From the NCBI GenBank assembly GCA_050084515.1, contig CM114271.1, positions 26,846,001 to 26,910,000 on the forward strand: a DNA stretch of 64,000 nt, written 5' to 3'. Positions 28,651 to 41,799 of this stretch are shown here, piece after piece. Made by a program: the position numbers and the translations under genes. How positions within the stretch are numbered: the first letter of the stretch is position 1; each line of letters starts with the position of its first letter. This stretch comes from Blasia pusilla. Its lineage: Eukaryota. The notes under the pieces were generated by a model. It was not told the DNA's origin. It searched no databases and saw only the letters and a list, made by a program, of their open reading frames with translations.

Positions 28651-29813
28651 TTTGGTGAAATGAAGTGGATTCGCTGTTGGTTTGAGTAAGTCTCGATACA
28701 GGAGGTAGTGGAGGTTCTTGTAAATCTTTCTGCTCTCAGCGGAAAGATCTGCCGCCTCTGCTTACGTGATGAGTTGTGTATGGGAGGCTGGAATTGTTGG
28801 ATTGATGATATCTCCTATGGGGCTCAGATGAAGACGCATCTTGGGGACTTCTCATGTATTCTTTTTCGGGATTTCGTGCATTCTGTGCTTCTTCGGTTCT
28901 GTTCATGACACTTGTCAACTACGGTGCGACGGAGGTGGATAAATTTTCCACGTTTTGAAGAATTCACTGGCTTGTTGGAGTTGATCACCATGTCCTGGTG
29001 AGGCTGGTGTTCACGAAACAGCACGATCGCGGGCAACACCGTGAGGGGGTGTTCACACGGCATGGAGCTGACATTTGTTGTTCCTCTCCTCTCTTGAGAT
29101 CAAACCACGCGAAGAATTCAGACGCACAGAAGCATTAGCGTCCTGGTAGATAAAGCATGTCAGGAGGTGTGTAGGGGGGTTATTGGAGTTGTACAAGTAC
29201 GGCTACGACCGAAGTGCAGCCGTTTTGAGGGTCTTCTCGCTCGGAGCGGAAGAAAAGCTGGTATTAATCCCCCGCTTTGGTCTTCAGTAATGTAAGGTAG
29301 AACGCCATTCGTGATCCTTGCATCTAAAAGTGATATCCCCTGGGACTTGCCCTATCTTGAGTCTGAAATATCCTGCACTTCCCGATCGCTCTTGCCTTTC
29401 TTGGTGTTTGTTTGTGCAGTATCGCTGTCAACGGTGTTTGTTTTGGGAGTTACTCAATTCTATTTGCATTTCAATCCGCCGCTGACAACGGACTTTGTGG
29501 TCTGGATACTTTTTGACTGGTAATGCCCAGCCAGATACGTGTTATAGTGGAAAGCGGGATACTTTTCTCGATCAAATCACGAGCTGTATCTACCGATGGT
29601 CAGCACGTCTTCGAGTACTAGAAGTCATGGAAGCCGATTTTTCCACATGTGATCATGAATGATGGACACGCAGATGGCCAATGATGTGGTAAACGGCGGA
29701 GAGAGAAACTGTCAGTAGCGCGCTCCTATCTCAGAAGGCATTTTGTGTTGGACTCGCAATTACATAAGTTGCATATTCTTCAGGTCTCGGTGATATGTGA
29801 AACGAGCAGGAGA

Positions 29814-32800
29814 ATGGAGGGGGATGCAAGGGTAGGGGGAAAGGGGAATGTGGAGATGGCGCCACTCCAGCAACAAGTTCAAGTGCAAACTGTGGGCGGA
29901 GGGACGGCGCTTGTGCTCACCCCAACAATGGACAGTAACCTTCCTCAACCTCTTTACATGCTGGGATCGGGGCAGGTGATGACCGACGAGCAGCTGGAAA
30001 CTTTGAGGCGACAGATTTCAGTTTATTCAACTATTTGCCAGCAGCTTGTAGAGATGCACAAAGCGAGTGTCTCAGCACAGTCATCTTTAGCTGGTTAGTT
30101 TCCTTTACTCTGCTCAACTATATTGAAGGCAACCACCTAAATGGGGTAACTGAAGTTTCTTTGTCATTACGGTGTAGGGATTGAATGGTAGGCGAAGTGC
30201 TAATGGAAGTCGAACCTCTTGAATGGCTTTCGTGCTGTGTTCGGTACAACCTTACACTTCGCGTGGCGCACAAGCGTTGAACGATTTAGTATAAGCTTAG
30301 GGGGGCAATTACTAGGTTCTTCAGGGAAGTGAAGAACACACGAGTGTGTGTTCTAAGCTTTTTGTAGTCTCAAAACTATGGTTTGGCGGATACAGGGCAG
30401 GGCCTCTTCAGCCCCTCCCAGATGTCGCTTGTTGATGACTACTGCGGAAGGATGCTACACAATTTTCAAGAAGCGTATTCCAATGTAGAAGTCTTCTTCT
30501 AAGCTTTTGCTCAGAAAGCCAGAGAAGTAAACAATCTGTGCATGACTTATTTACTTTTCATGTGTCTGTCATGGGCTTTAAGCAGTATGCGTTTTTGTTT
30601 TCATACATGCTAGTAAGTAATAAAGTTGTTTATTTTTGGAGTAAGGAAAGAAGATGATATGGTCTACATCCTGTTGCTCTGGTAATGAGTGAGTTGCAAA
30701 TCCTACATGATCTGGCCCTCAGTTTCTTTTTGGCGGAGTGAAAGACGAAGGATTGTTGTGATCAGTGGGTCCTTGACAGTTGAACACTTTGTAGACTGTG
30801 CTCTCCCATTTTTTATGAAATTTACTTAACGAGAGTGATGACACATTCTGTTTATACAAACCATATGTACAGATGTGCTTGGTTTACCTTTCCTGATCCT
30901 CTGAATCATGTGGGGGTCAGGACATAGTGCATTAAGCAACAAAGGGTGGAAGAAATAAATATAGGATATCATTTGTTAAATGAGTTTGCTGACTCCAGCG
31001 ATTTATTTCAGGCATGGTGGTAACCCAACATATCGCTTATGATTCACTCATGGGTACACCTAATCACAAAACTACTGCAAGACAGCGATGGACGCCAAGC
31101 CAGAATCAGCTACAAATTCTGGAGAAGCTTTTTGATCAGGGGAATGGTACACCAAATAAGCAACGCATTAAGGAGATAACAACTGAGCTGAGTCAACATG
31201 GGCAAATTGCAGAGACAAATGTCTACAATTGGTTTCAAAATAGAAAAGCTAGGGCCAAGAGAAAACAGCAGCTGGTAACTCCCAAGGATGGCGAATCAGA
31301 GGTGGATACAGATGTCGAGTCTCCCAAAGAGAAGAAGCCCAAGTTTGAAAAAGATTGTGGCCAGGAAAACTCCAACAGTGGTGGGCGGGCAGAAACCACT
31401 GGAGGACAGAGTTCTGATGGAGGTGGTACAACTGCATATGACCAAAAGCCAACCATAATTGACCAGTTTGAACCACAAGAGAGTGCCTCTTCGGGGCTCA
31501 TGCAACCTCAAGTGGATTCAAAGCAAGGTGGACTAAAGTTTGGAAGATCTGTCACATATGAGCGGGGATATGTCCAAGGGGGTCAGTGATCTCCCCAACG
31601 ACCTCCCTCTCCATTCTATACTGCTGAGGTTTCAGTGGTCATGGTTCTAGTGTGAAGTCATGTTGTAGCATTATATCTCAAGGCAGTTCATGTGAATGAT
31701 AACTACTATGATTCTTTTGTAGAGACTTCCAATTATTTAGGTAAATAATCCACTTTTTCCTTGTACACCTGATCGCTTGCACCGTCTATGATTGGCCAAG
31801 AGTTTTACGAGTTCTGTGTTTGAGTTACAATTGGAAAATTATGCCAAGTATCTCTCTCTCGGTAGATAGTCTGAGTTCACTCCTGCTGGATGTGATGAAG
31901 TAATGAACTTGCAAGGTTACGGGGAGATGATTGCCTCTAGAATTTTAAAGTAGATCTGACTAAAAGTGCATCAGATGTCCTCCTTCTGGATACACAGGAT
32001 TTAGGTCCCTACTTTGAAACCTTTCTGCAAGTTTGACGTGTGATAACAAATCACATAATGCCAGTGGGGTATGGAGATTTGTGGATCTCACAACATGAAA
32101 TGCCAGCAGGGTCTTGAGTTCAACTTTGATGTGCCTTGGACAAATGAAGGCTTAAGAATTAAGAGGGATGAATACAGGCAGAAATAGAAAGTGAATTTTC
32201 TGTGCAGTAGGAGCCTTCCTAGCCAAGACTTTCTTTGTTTTGTAAGGCCTCATAAGTACTTTTTTGGGAGCAATGGGCAATACTCTCATTGTTACCTGTC
32301 TGTTGTCTCTTTTCCTGTTCCTTCCACCGGGCACGTGGACCCTCTTCCTATGTCTCAAAGGTTTGTCTTCAAAGTTTAGAAATGTAGCTATTTTTGGCCG
32401 GCATCAAGGAATGGCCAACGGTTCATGGCCACTGTAAAGCCTTGATAGTACGAGATTGTATGGCCTTAGCAGTTGGACATGTATGATTCACAGGTTCTCA
32501 GGACCCTTCAATGTTGACAGTGCTGGTTGATGGCAAGCCATGGGAGGTGTCGGCTGGAGCGATTGATGTGAAGGGTAGCTTTGGTGAAAGTACAGTTTTG
32601 ATGGATGCTTGTGGCCAAACTGTTAGGAAGGATGAGGCGGGAATAACCATCCAACCTCTTCATGCAGGAGAGAACTACAGACTTAATCCAAGGTAAGTGT
32701 CCCTTGTGCTGTCTTTCTTGAAGGTTCAGATGTATGGTAGAGTAAAAATTGAGTTGCACAGCAGATTGTTTTAAAGTACCTGACCATATTTCCAACAATC

Positions 32801-33019
32801 TGATAGCTGGCAGTGGCCCTACTTTCAATCTTTATGCCACATTTATGGTATACAGGGCTTAGACTGCCCATTACCTTGTTTTGCTAAGGAGGTTGGATCT
32901 CTTTCCTTGTTGTGAATAGCCTTGTCGATGGTGTGGGAGGATCAGCACCAATGACTTCTGAGGGTGTGCTGGGACACAATGCTGCTCAGCAGGTGGTGGG
33001 AATTTTGAACAATGGTTAG
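29814..33019 (+). CDS. WOX13: WUSCHEL-related homeobox protein, WOX13 (ancient/T1) clade. Predicted exons 29814-30093, 31012-31581, 32494-32692, 32920-33019
   Basis: WOX13-type N-terminal motif [28 protein letters not shown]. Homeodomain [61 protein letters not shown] junctions keep frame (phases 1,1,2). Last exon less certain; unspliced stop at 32694-32696. Confidence 0.9.
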
Positions 33020-33552
33020 TGAACCAATGTCCTTCTGTTGCCTCTGTATACTTGATGATCTTCATAAGCCAGTACTTCCTTATGTGGTTAAAGATGTGGG
33101 GGCTATTGACTGTGCTGGGGTTTCTTTCTAAGCAGTCTGTGTGTGGATGTGTGTACAGGCCTGGCAAATGGTACAATACTACGGTCTCAAACACAGAGCT
33201 AGATGGGAACCCGCTTCAGTTTTGGTAAACACAACGGACAAAAGTCTAGCATCCAGTATACAAAAGAAGTCAATTCTCTTCTAATACACAAGCGTGCCCC
33301 TTATATCATTATGTCATCAGTGGCGGCATCCTGGGAAGGGTCCATGCAAACTACCCATTTTGTTCGAAGTTTTTTCCAGGGTTTTGGGGAATCTATCACC
33401 CTCCAGTATAAGGATAGCCTTTCAGCATTGGGAGTTCTCATGAAATCTCTGATGCAGGCAAGGAGGGCTTGTAACGTATACCCACAAGTGGCTGTTGTCA
33501 ATATAGGAAATGTCAGGTTTTATTCATTGCAAAGCAGTGGGCCTATGTGTTA

Positions 33553-33752
33553 TCCACTGTGGCACGAAAGGTCTCTGTGATGATTCCAGGCCAAGCCTGT
33601 TGATATTGAAGGATGAACCATCCTAGCTTGGTTAGGGCATCATTCAGTTTCTCCACTGTGGCAAGTAAGGGTTCTGTGATCATTCCAGGCCAAGTCTGTT
33701 GATATTTGAGGATTGCACATCATAGACTGGTTAGAGAGCATCATTCAGTTTC
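33553..33752. repeat. ~99-bp diverged tandem duplication
   Basis: tccactgtggca...ttccaggccaag.ctgttgatatt...gcatcattcagtttc at 33553 and 33652. Confidence 0.85.
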
Positions 33753-35639
33753 TCTGTTCAGCACATATTTATCTTTGGCCTGAATTTGGGTCCTTGTTTG
33801 GTCATGTCAATACCTTCAAAGTCAGCTCGACGACCATTCCAGACTTCTTTCTTGGTACTGTCCATTTCGGGCATTGGATCTGGCTATTGGGAACTTCTAA
33901 AACTTGGTTGGAATGGTGATGTCCTTTCGATTTGACCAGCCAAAGCTAGCAAGCTGCTGACTTCTGAAGATCATTTGTTGATACCATTGGACCAGAGAAT
34001 CACCTAGAACTCTATATTCAGGTGGTATTCTACCTGGCACATGTCATTGGTTTTAACCTATTTAGCTGGCCGCTACTTTGTAGAATGTCTCTAGTACTAC
34101 TGATCTGAAAAGTGCAAGGGGACAATCAGCTAGGCAAGTTGCTACTGTATTCCTAGGGAAAGAAAGCACTGGTCCCAGGTGGAGGCGGCTCATGTTGATG
34201 ATGTTTTATTGAATCGGACTTCCCTTGGTAAGTGATAAGGATGTGCTTTGTACTCAAAGTCTTATATGTGAAAAGAAAGGATAGGCTCTTTTTGATTAAC
34301 TTACACTTGGGTTATGAAGTTCAAGAAGGGCCTCATGGCATCTTAAGGGCCCTCCCACTTGAGTTTATTTTAAAAGAGCAGGTTTCCCAATTGGCATTAT
34401 GACTCATATTGAATGTATTAACTCTAGTGGATCTGGTGTAAGTTCTATTGTTTATCCAAGTGGAGCTGACTTATAACATTAACCATTGTTGTTAGTTGTA
34501 CAGGTTAGCTCAGCATTACCTGCCCAATGGCAAGTACCTGACTACTTGTTTGGAAGACGAACCCCAGGTGATATTGATATGCATATCGTTGATTATGTAA
34601 CCTTTTGCAGTCTATGGAGGCTGTTGACTGACCAGCACTCTTTCTTCATTTGGAGGACTCTCGTGTTCATGTGAGGACAAGAACCCTTACCATAGGCATG
34701 AGGTTTCTATGATCTAGTATTATAGCAATCCTTCCAAGACAATTGAATTCGATCATTGATATACTTTTTAATATGTCACTTCTTGTAGCAGAGTCAGGCT
34801 ACTCCTAACTGAAATCCAGCATTAGATCAAGGTGACAGCAGTACATCTCAACAGGCTTATGATATGTTTTCATGAGATAAGACAATAGACCACAGCCAAA
34901 AGTCTGGAGCACAAGCGCCCAACCGCGGAAAACTCTATCAGTTGATTGACGCACGTCTATTTTGCTAAAGCGATCTGAGGGGTGCAGGTTCAAGCCAATA
35001 TCTTATATCTTGTGTAGTCCATTGCCAACATGCACAATCACCTGAAGTTTCTTCCTCTGAATATGTGCTGTTGAGGTCTCGTGGGCGCAACCTTCCTAGT
35101 TATTCCACTTATCCATGGCTGTCATCTTTCATTCACACCATCATGCTGACCTTCAAGAATGAAAACTGTTCATGTGGTGAACTTACCACCAGCAGAACTC
35201 CACTCGCGGACTCATGTGTGTTGACACTATGAGATATACTGTGGATGATTTTGAAATGCTTTCCAACCTCTTGAGCTGCTTTTACCAAAAGTTGTCACCT
35301 CCATAGCTTAAGTCACCTAGCCTTCCCTCTCAAAACTTGTGGGAAGTATGAGATGTTGACAAACTTAAGCTAAGTGAGCCAAGGTCCGGGGAGGTTTTTG
35401 GCGGAAACCTGCTGGTTGCCGGAAAACCTTGAAGTAGGACGGTTTTAGGGAAATGTTAATCGGGAAAAAAAGGCAGGAATCTTTTCAGGCGGCAAATATC
35501 TGATATATTATTTTTTTCCCAGTGATTATCCTTCTTTTTAAAAACTTTCCCGGCAGATTTCAGAAACTTTTCAGACAACCTCGGCAACTTTCCGGTAGCT
35601 AGAATATGAACCGGCTAAAATTTTTTTTTACTTCAACAG

Positions 35640-35792
35640 AAGCTTTCTGATGAGAAATTGGCACTTATTGATAAATGGTCAAGGAGGAGCTTAATCTTGT
35701 GGGAGAGCTAGACGTGGAGGTCGTTCGTGCCCTCTATCGTAGAGGCTTGGTGTTTATAGTAGTTCCAGTGTATCCGGATGACCATTTTCAAG
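35640..35792 (+). pseudogene. FAM91A1-like exon fragment captured inside the hAT element
   Basis: KLSDEKLALIDK/VKEELNLVGELDVEVVRALYRRGLVFIVVPVYPDDHFQ resembles the plant FAM91 N-terminal segment (..LYRRGLVYFDVPVYPDDRF). Flanked by cag| and |gt splice sites; one frameshift. Confidence 0.7.
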
Positions 35793-36429
35793 GTGGGGAT
35801 TTCAGAGAACTTCTCATCTTGTGTCTGCTGGATGATTACAAAGGAGAGTGGGGTACAGAGATGCTGCCTGTAATCGGATATGTTTTTCATTGTGTTATAT
35901 GCTTTGGAAAGGATTGATGTGTTCTCTGTTTCTGTATCCCCATAGATGGTTATATGCCATAGATCGATGGACCTGACCTGCAATTACATGTTGCTTTGGA
36001 GTGAAGAAAGTTCAATTCCCAACCAGTTGAGAACAGGGTGTATCGCCACATGGCTAATTCTTTGAATATATTGAATGACATACTGGGAGGTAAGGATTCC
36101 ATGTGAGGATATACATGAAGCCGAGTGCATCTCAAAAAAAAATTTTGCCCTCTGTACATTTTCCCCGTTCATATTTCTTGCTCAAGCACTTCCTACATTC
36201 ACTCCATGATTTCTTCTAATTCCCGGTTCCATCTCCTTAAACTAAACTAAACTCTAAACTCTTTCCTCCCTAAACCCCACAAGTAATATCTTTGGCAGGA
36301 ATTGAACTTGGCTTGGCCTCCACCCAACCGAGAGCCAAGGATCCTACCCCTTCATAATACATTGAAGATTTAGAACAAAACTTCAATGTATTATGAAAGG
36401 GACCTCTCACATCTCTCTTTTCCCACCAA

Positions 36430-38676
36430 CTAAACATTTGAAATTGGGGCTCTTGGAGAATCCTCTACATTTGCAACTTCCAATGGAGCATCATTCTTAC
36501 CTTTCACATATTTCTCTGGATTAGAATACACATATCTAAAGTTAACAGAATTTTTCCAAAGAATTACTGATTCTATCAACAAATCCTCGTAATCCAGTAT
36601 CTTACCCTCTAAAGCTATCCTGAGAACAACATCTAAATGCTTAGTCGTCAATCGATTACGACTTTTTGTTTTGATCAAATTCTGCACAGAGAAAGCTCTC
36701 TCACAAATTGCAGTACTCACACATTGTACTCTAACAATGTTAGCTAATACAAGCAAATTAGAGAACTTACATTGCAGAGATGGGCTCCAACTTACCATTG
36801 CCCACAAATCTCGAAAGTTTCTATCTTTCCATTCTGTGGTGGCCATGAGCTTAAAAGATTGAAACTCAGACTTCACACTTGCTGAATTCACAAGAGGTGG
36901 TTGCAAGTGACCCCTACAAGGCATTTCCCTTCCAAAATGTGCGCAAAGATCATCCACTTCCTTGCAACCCCAACTATTCAACCCTACTAACCTCGAGGGC
37001 ATATGAAGAGGATTCAGAATTTTCATTGCATCTATCAAACTATTATCCCTAAATCTATCATGTAAGGCTACACATACATTCTCAACAAAGTTCTTCTGGA
37101 AAGTTAGAGCAACCTGTAAATCCCTTCCCGTACGATCTCTCGACATTTCTATGCTATGGAACTTTCTTCCCTAATCTCAGATTCAAATCGTTTGGTATCC
37201 ATCGGGAGGTCCAAAATCAGGTAAGAGATGATAACTGTTTCTTGAGAGAATGTAGAAGCATTCAAGTCATGATTCTCCATTACAAAGTTCATTGTAATAG
37301 AGGCTATCTCAGAATTCACAATACTACCAATAGTACTAACATCTACAAATTTGTATTGGAAAACCTTACTCAAATTAGCAAGGATAAACAATATGTCTGC
37401 CAAAAAGTACAATTGATAGATCATTTCAAATGATCGAGCTTGTTGTACATGTTAGTAGCATTACCATCATCTTTGAGCGGGAATGTCCCTGAAATAGGTG
37501 AGAACAGATTCCAGGGAGTCGCACAAAGTAGTCACGGCTTGCCATCGAGACAACCAACGAATTTTATGATATCTCCTCATGACCTTCTGAGAGTCATTCA
37601 ACTTCTCTTGCAAAGTTGCAAGAGCACACTTCCTCTTTGAGGACCTTCTAAAGTATCCACTCTGAATTCAAGATGGAATCAATCTCTATAGATACATCTT
37701 TACAACCTGGTCCTTTGGTTTTGTCAAAGAAGCAAGATTGGTCCTATGTGCAACACAATGTACAGAGAGCAAAAATGGGTTCGCTTTCAACTTCAACTGA
37801 GATGCTACTCCATTCGACTACCTACCATAGTTGAGGCTCCAAAATCGATCCAAAAGCCAGCATCTTTGAACTCTCTAGTCCCGAGTCCTTGATCAACTCC
37901 AAAAGATTGTTAGTAATGGCATTTGAACACTTCTTTGGACATTGCAACAATCCTAAGAACTAATTCTCAACCTGCCCTTCTAACAAGTAAGTTACAAACA
38001 CAACGAGATGGCCCGTTACTGAAATATCAATGGACTCGTCAATCATGATCCCAAAGAAAGGAGATTGTTGAACTTTTAAAAGCGTCCTTCTATGCACTAC
38101 CTGACTGATATAATAACACATATCAGCACAAGTCTTCTCATCTTGGTATAAATATCGGGTAATTGGTGCATTCACTGAAAGTAACAACTTACACAAATTC
38201 GGGAATTTCGCAAAAGCCAATGATTCCTTGACGATGAAGTATGCACACTTGAACAATGTTAACAAGGCTTCGTCACAAGTCCGATTAGTAGTGGCAATGG
38301 CCTTGGCCATCGACCTGTGTCCTATATTAGCAGCCCAAGAAAGTTTCATATGCTCAATCGATTTGCCATGATCTGTAAAGGCTGAAACCTTACAATTTAT
38401 GGCACCATCCCTTGCAAAGGAATTCTTACCCTTTCCTTGTTTACAAACCTTACAAAATATTCTACCAGATTCTGCATGAAACTCTATCCAGTCAAATAAA
38501 CTATACCAGACATCCTTCCAAGCCAGTTGATTCTTCTCAACTAGACTACTGGAAAGAGTACCAGAATTCCCATTTTCCCTCCCATCCGAGGACCCTGACC
38601 GGCTTGAGTTCTCAGTAAAGTCTTGGCTTACGTCTTTGGCCAACATTTCGCTCATGGTTCGCTGTCTCTTAGCCAT
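36430..38676 (-). pseudogene. hAT transposase (ZNF862-like), frameshifted
   Basis: N-terminal Zn finger (IFCKVC..H...H); FFGIMIDESIDIS; a CVAH-type motif near 37750; hATC dimerisation STAICERAFSVQNLIKTKSRNRL. Split over several ORFs. Confidence 0.88.
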
Positions 38677-38957
38677 ATCTCAGACAATGAAGGGTTACCA
38701 AAGGTTTAGGTCTAAACAAGGCCTCGTCTTCTAGACAAGAGCAAAACTGGTTCACATCAAAAGAAAGGTGGCAGCCAAGAGTCAAAGACTCAGAGCAAAA
38801 GGCCGAAGTGAGGAAACCCAAGACTCGGACCTAAATCACTTTATGTTGCCAAACCCGAGAGCAAAGCTGAACCCGAATCAAGATAAAGAACGTTAAATAG
38901 GGCCTCTGACTCGCCAGGGTGCCAAACCCGAGTGCAAAGCAGACCCCGAATCCTAAG

Positions 38958-39062
38958 CCTAAACCCTGTCACGAAAGTGTAAACATCCTAAACCCTGTCA
39001 CGAAAGTGTAAACATGAAAGTGTAGACAGCCTAAACCCTGTCACGAAAGTGTAAACATGAAA
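38958..39062. repeat. Three copies of cctaaaccctgtcacgaaagtgtaaacat within the hAT
   Basis: Direct inspection. Confidence 0.9.
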
Positions 39063-39519
39063 GCTCTAGAGTAGAGAGCTCTGTCACAAAAATGTAAAGC
39101 TGCAACATAAGATGTGGCGGTCAGACAAATTCGGTGAGAGAGAGAGAGAGAGATCAAGAACTCTAACTTGAGTAAAGCTGGCCGAAATCAACGGATGCTC
39201 GTTGACAGACATACACTCGAGAGAGCCTCCGGTCACAACGCCGACTGTCCCAATGAATCTGAGCAACTATGAAGAAGACACCAGAGAATGTTCGCACGCC
39301 AAAATGAACTTTTCGAAGATGCTCACATGAACGGTGAACTGTGGGCCGTGGCTGCCGTGGGGTCTTTCCTTCCGCGCTAACGATGGAGCACAGATAGTAT
39401 CCGGCTCATCCGAGTAATGCAAAGTTGCAAACAAAGAAGAAAGGGAGAATGATTCGCCCCGGTACAACGACTGCGCGCACCATGATACGGAGGGAGTGGT
39501 GATTCTGGTGAAAGCAGCC

Positions 39520-40075
39520 CAACACACAACGCATTTTACGAATTACAGCATGGGACACGGAGTCTGGACAGGTGCAAAGCAGTGCAAGACAGGTGCAAAA
39601 TTGCTAATCAAGCTCGAGTCGCTCGCGCCTAAACCCGACTCGCCGATACTGGACTCGAGTCTAGAGTTCGGGCAACTTCGGAAGTTCGGGCCTTCGGGGA
39701 TTCGGGGAATGGATTCAATGGACCCCCTGCAGCGGCAGCAGCCCTCGGAGTCTCGGACGAGTCGGAGTCTCGGACCTCGGTCACTCCCACTCAGCGGCAC
39801 AGTTGAAAGCAGCTCAACACACAACGCATTTTACGAATTACAGCATGGGACACGAAGATTGGACAGGTGCAAAGCAGTGCAAGACAGGTGCAAAAATGCT
39901 AATCACGCTCTAGTCGCTCGACAGCCTCGACCCGCTCGAGTCTCGACAATCTGGACTCTGGGCAACTTCGGAAGTTCGTGGCTTCGGGCCTTCAGGGATT
40001 CGGGGAATGGAGTCTCGGACGAGTCGGAGTCTCGGACGGTTGGACCTCGGTCACCCCCACTCAGTGGCAATGCGG
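39520..40075. repeat. ~295-bp tandem duplication within the hAT
   Basis: caacacacaacgcattttacgaattacagcatgggacacg...ggagtctcggacgagtcggagtctcggac repeated at ~39520 and ~39815. Confidence 0.9.
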
Positions 40076-41799
40076 CACTCGTTCCCTAACATCCCTCCGG
40101 CCCTGCTTTGCGACTGCCCTACTTCGGACGGCCAAGATCTCCTCAAGAGAATCTAACGGTTCTCACGGGGTATCCGGTTTTCCGACCACCTGAAAGTGGT
40201 CCAGCAAAATACCGACCACCGTAAAATGCAATCCGGACGGAATCCGGGAGATGTGACCGGCGGCTGCCATATTCCGGCGTAGTCCTCCCGGGAAACGGCA
40301 TATTTCCGGCGCAAGAAATGCCGGCCATCCATTAACCAGAATATCCTCTGATGCCGTCGGAATCTTAGCCGGCTAATTTTCCTGGGCGTCGTCAATTACC
40401 GATTTTAACCGGCCAGCTTTACTCTAGTTGCCGGTTCTCCCCGGACGTTGAAGTGAGCTTAGAGTATTAAAAAGAGGTTCCAATTTTTTGCGTTAAAAGA
40501 GTTGAGTTTAAGTACAAAATGCATCACTTGACCCACCAATGGTATAAACCTTGGAATCATTGCCCTCACCAAGAGTTTAACCTGCCCTTGCACAACCCTC
40601 ATGGCATGCTGACGTAGGAAACCTGGAAATGCTAAATAAGGTCAAATAAACAAGCATGGAGCACTCCTTTCTATGATAATACTTAGGTAGTGAAATCCTA
40701 TCTCCCTAAATTTGACCTAAGTGGCCTTCCAACTTCTTGTGGTCCTTGTGTGGCATTCTCTTCCATGGTATTGGAATGCAAGCATATTGAACGTGTTGTT
40801 TCCATGTTATGATCATGGCCAATCAAGAATAAGATTCTTGTGTTGTGGCAAGTAGGTGACTCTGAAAATTGAAATTTTTTGCAATGGGTTATTTTTTCCA
40901 AGTCACTAGAAAAATCGAACCCATGATCAAATGTGTTGTGTGCATGCATGTCTTTACATAATATATATAGACATCATTGTCACCAAACACAAACTCAAGA
41001 TACCACATTCACTCGTGACATCCTGTCGCATGGACGATCTAGTATGAAAATATTTCTAATGAAGAGTCACTTTCCAAAATAGGAACTCAATTATGTTTCT
41101 ATGAAGAATAGATCCAAAATAGAAAAGTATTGAACATGGCAAAAAGGATAATAAACCAAGGAGAAAATGTTCTCTCGGATTGTCCTAATCCTCATCAAAT
41201 TATCTTTGACCTCCTAAAGTTGTCCTCTGACCTCTTCAAAGGCATCATACAGATACGTGTCGATTTGCTATAAAAGATGTGACAAGAAGCATAATTGTTT
41301 CTTGACTCTACCTACTTTGAAACAAAGACATAGTTCCAAGCTTGCCTCATGAGCTCGTCTATACTCCTCTGCAAGTCAAGGCATGTATCCCATAATGGTG
41401 TAGAGGTATTAAAATTATAGGAAGAAACATCCACCATGGCATATCTTCCCGTACAATGAAACATTCTTTTCCACGATATCCTTCTCATAGGGGTTTCCCT
41501 TCAATAGCTCTCCCAACGAACACATACTACTAATGAATGTTTCCAATGTGGTCACAATGTCTCATCGAAAACCACCATTATGCCTAAAAAATTGAATGAG
41601 AATATGGCTCAGTTGACCACTGATCATCTAATCGCCATCCCAATTGATAGGAAATTTTCTCCTCCCAAAAATTGAGGATGAAACGAAAGGGATATAACAC
41701 CATGCTCCCTACCAATACATTGTATGATTCTACTAGTGTCATGATCGCACGATCCATTGCATAATGTGGTTGGACTATAACAACTAACTCTTGTTGAGT

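Larger units (their letters stand above)
35380..40450 (-). mobile_element. hAT DNA transposon (5071 bp) with TIRs and 8-bp TSD
   Basis: TIR caaggtccggggag / ctccccggacgttg (13/14 match). TSD AAGTGAGC at 35372-35379 and 40451-40458. ccgg-rich subterminal regions and an internal transposase. Confidence 0.93.

Noticed and set aside
29590-29670. Short uORFs upstream of the WOX ATG
   Set aside because: The 5'UTR exon structure cannot be resolved from sequence alone, so they may be intronic.
32110-32187. Possible extra WOX exon ([10 protein letters not shown]...)
   Set aside because: Phase is incompatible with the donor at 31582 and no clear GT donor follows; direct 31581-32494 splicing is in frame.
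38958-39062. Short direct repeats resembling a CRISPR array
   Set aside because: Units abut or are separated by a partial repeat rather than unique spacers; eukaryotic TE context with no cas genes.
39496-40089. 197-aa plus-strand ORF in the hAT
   Set aside because: Arises from the GC-rich tandem duplication; no protein motif.
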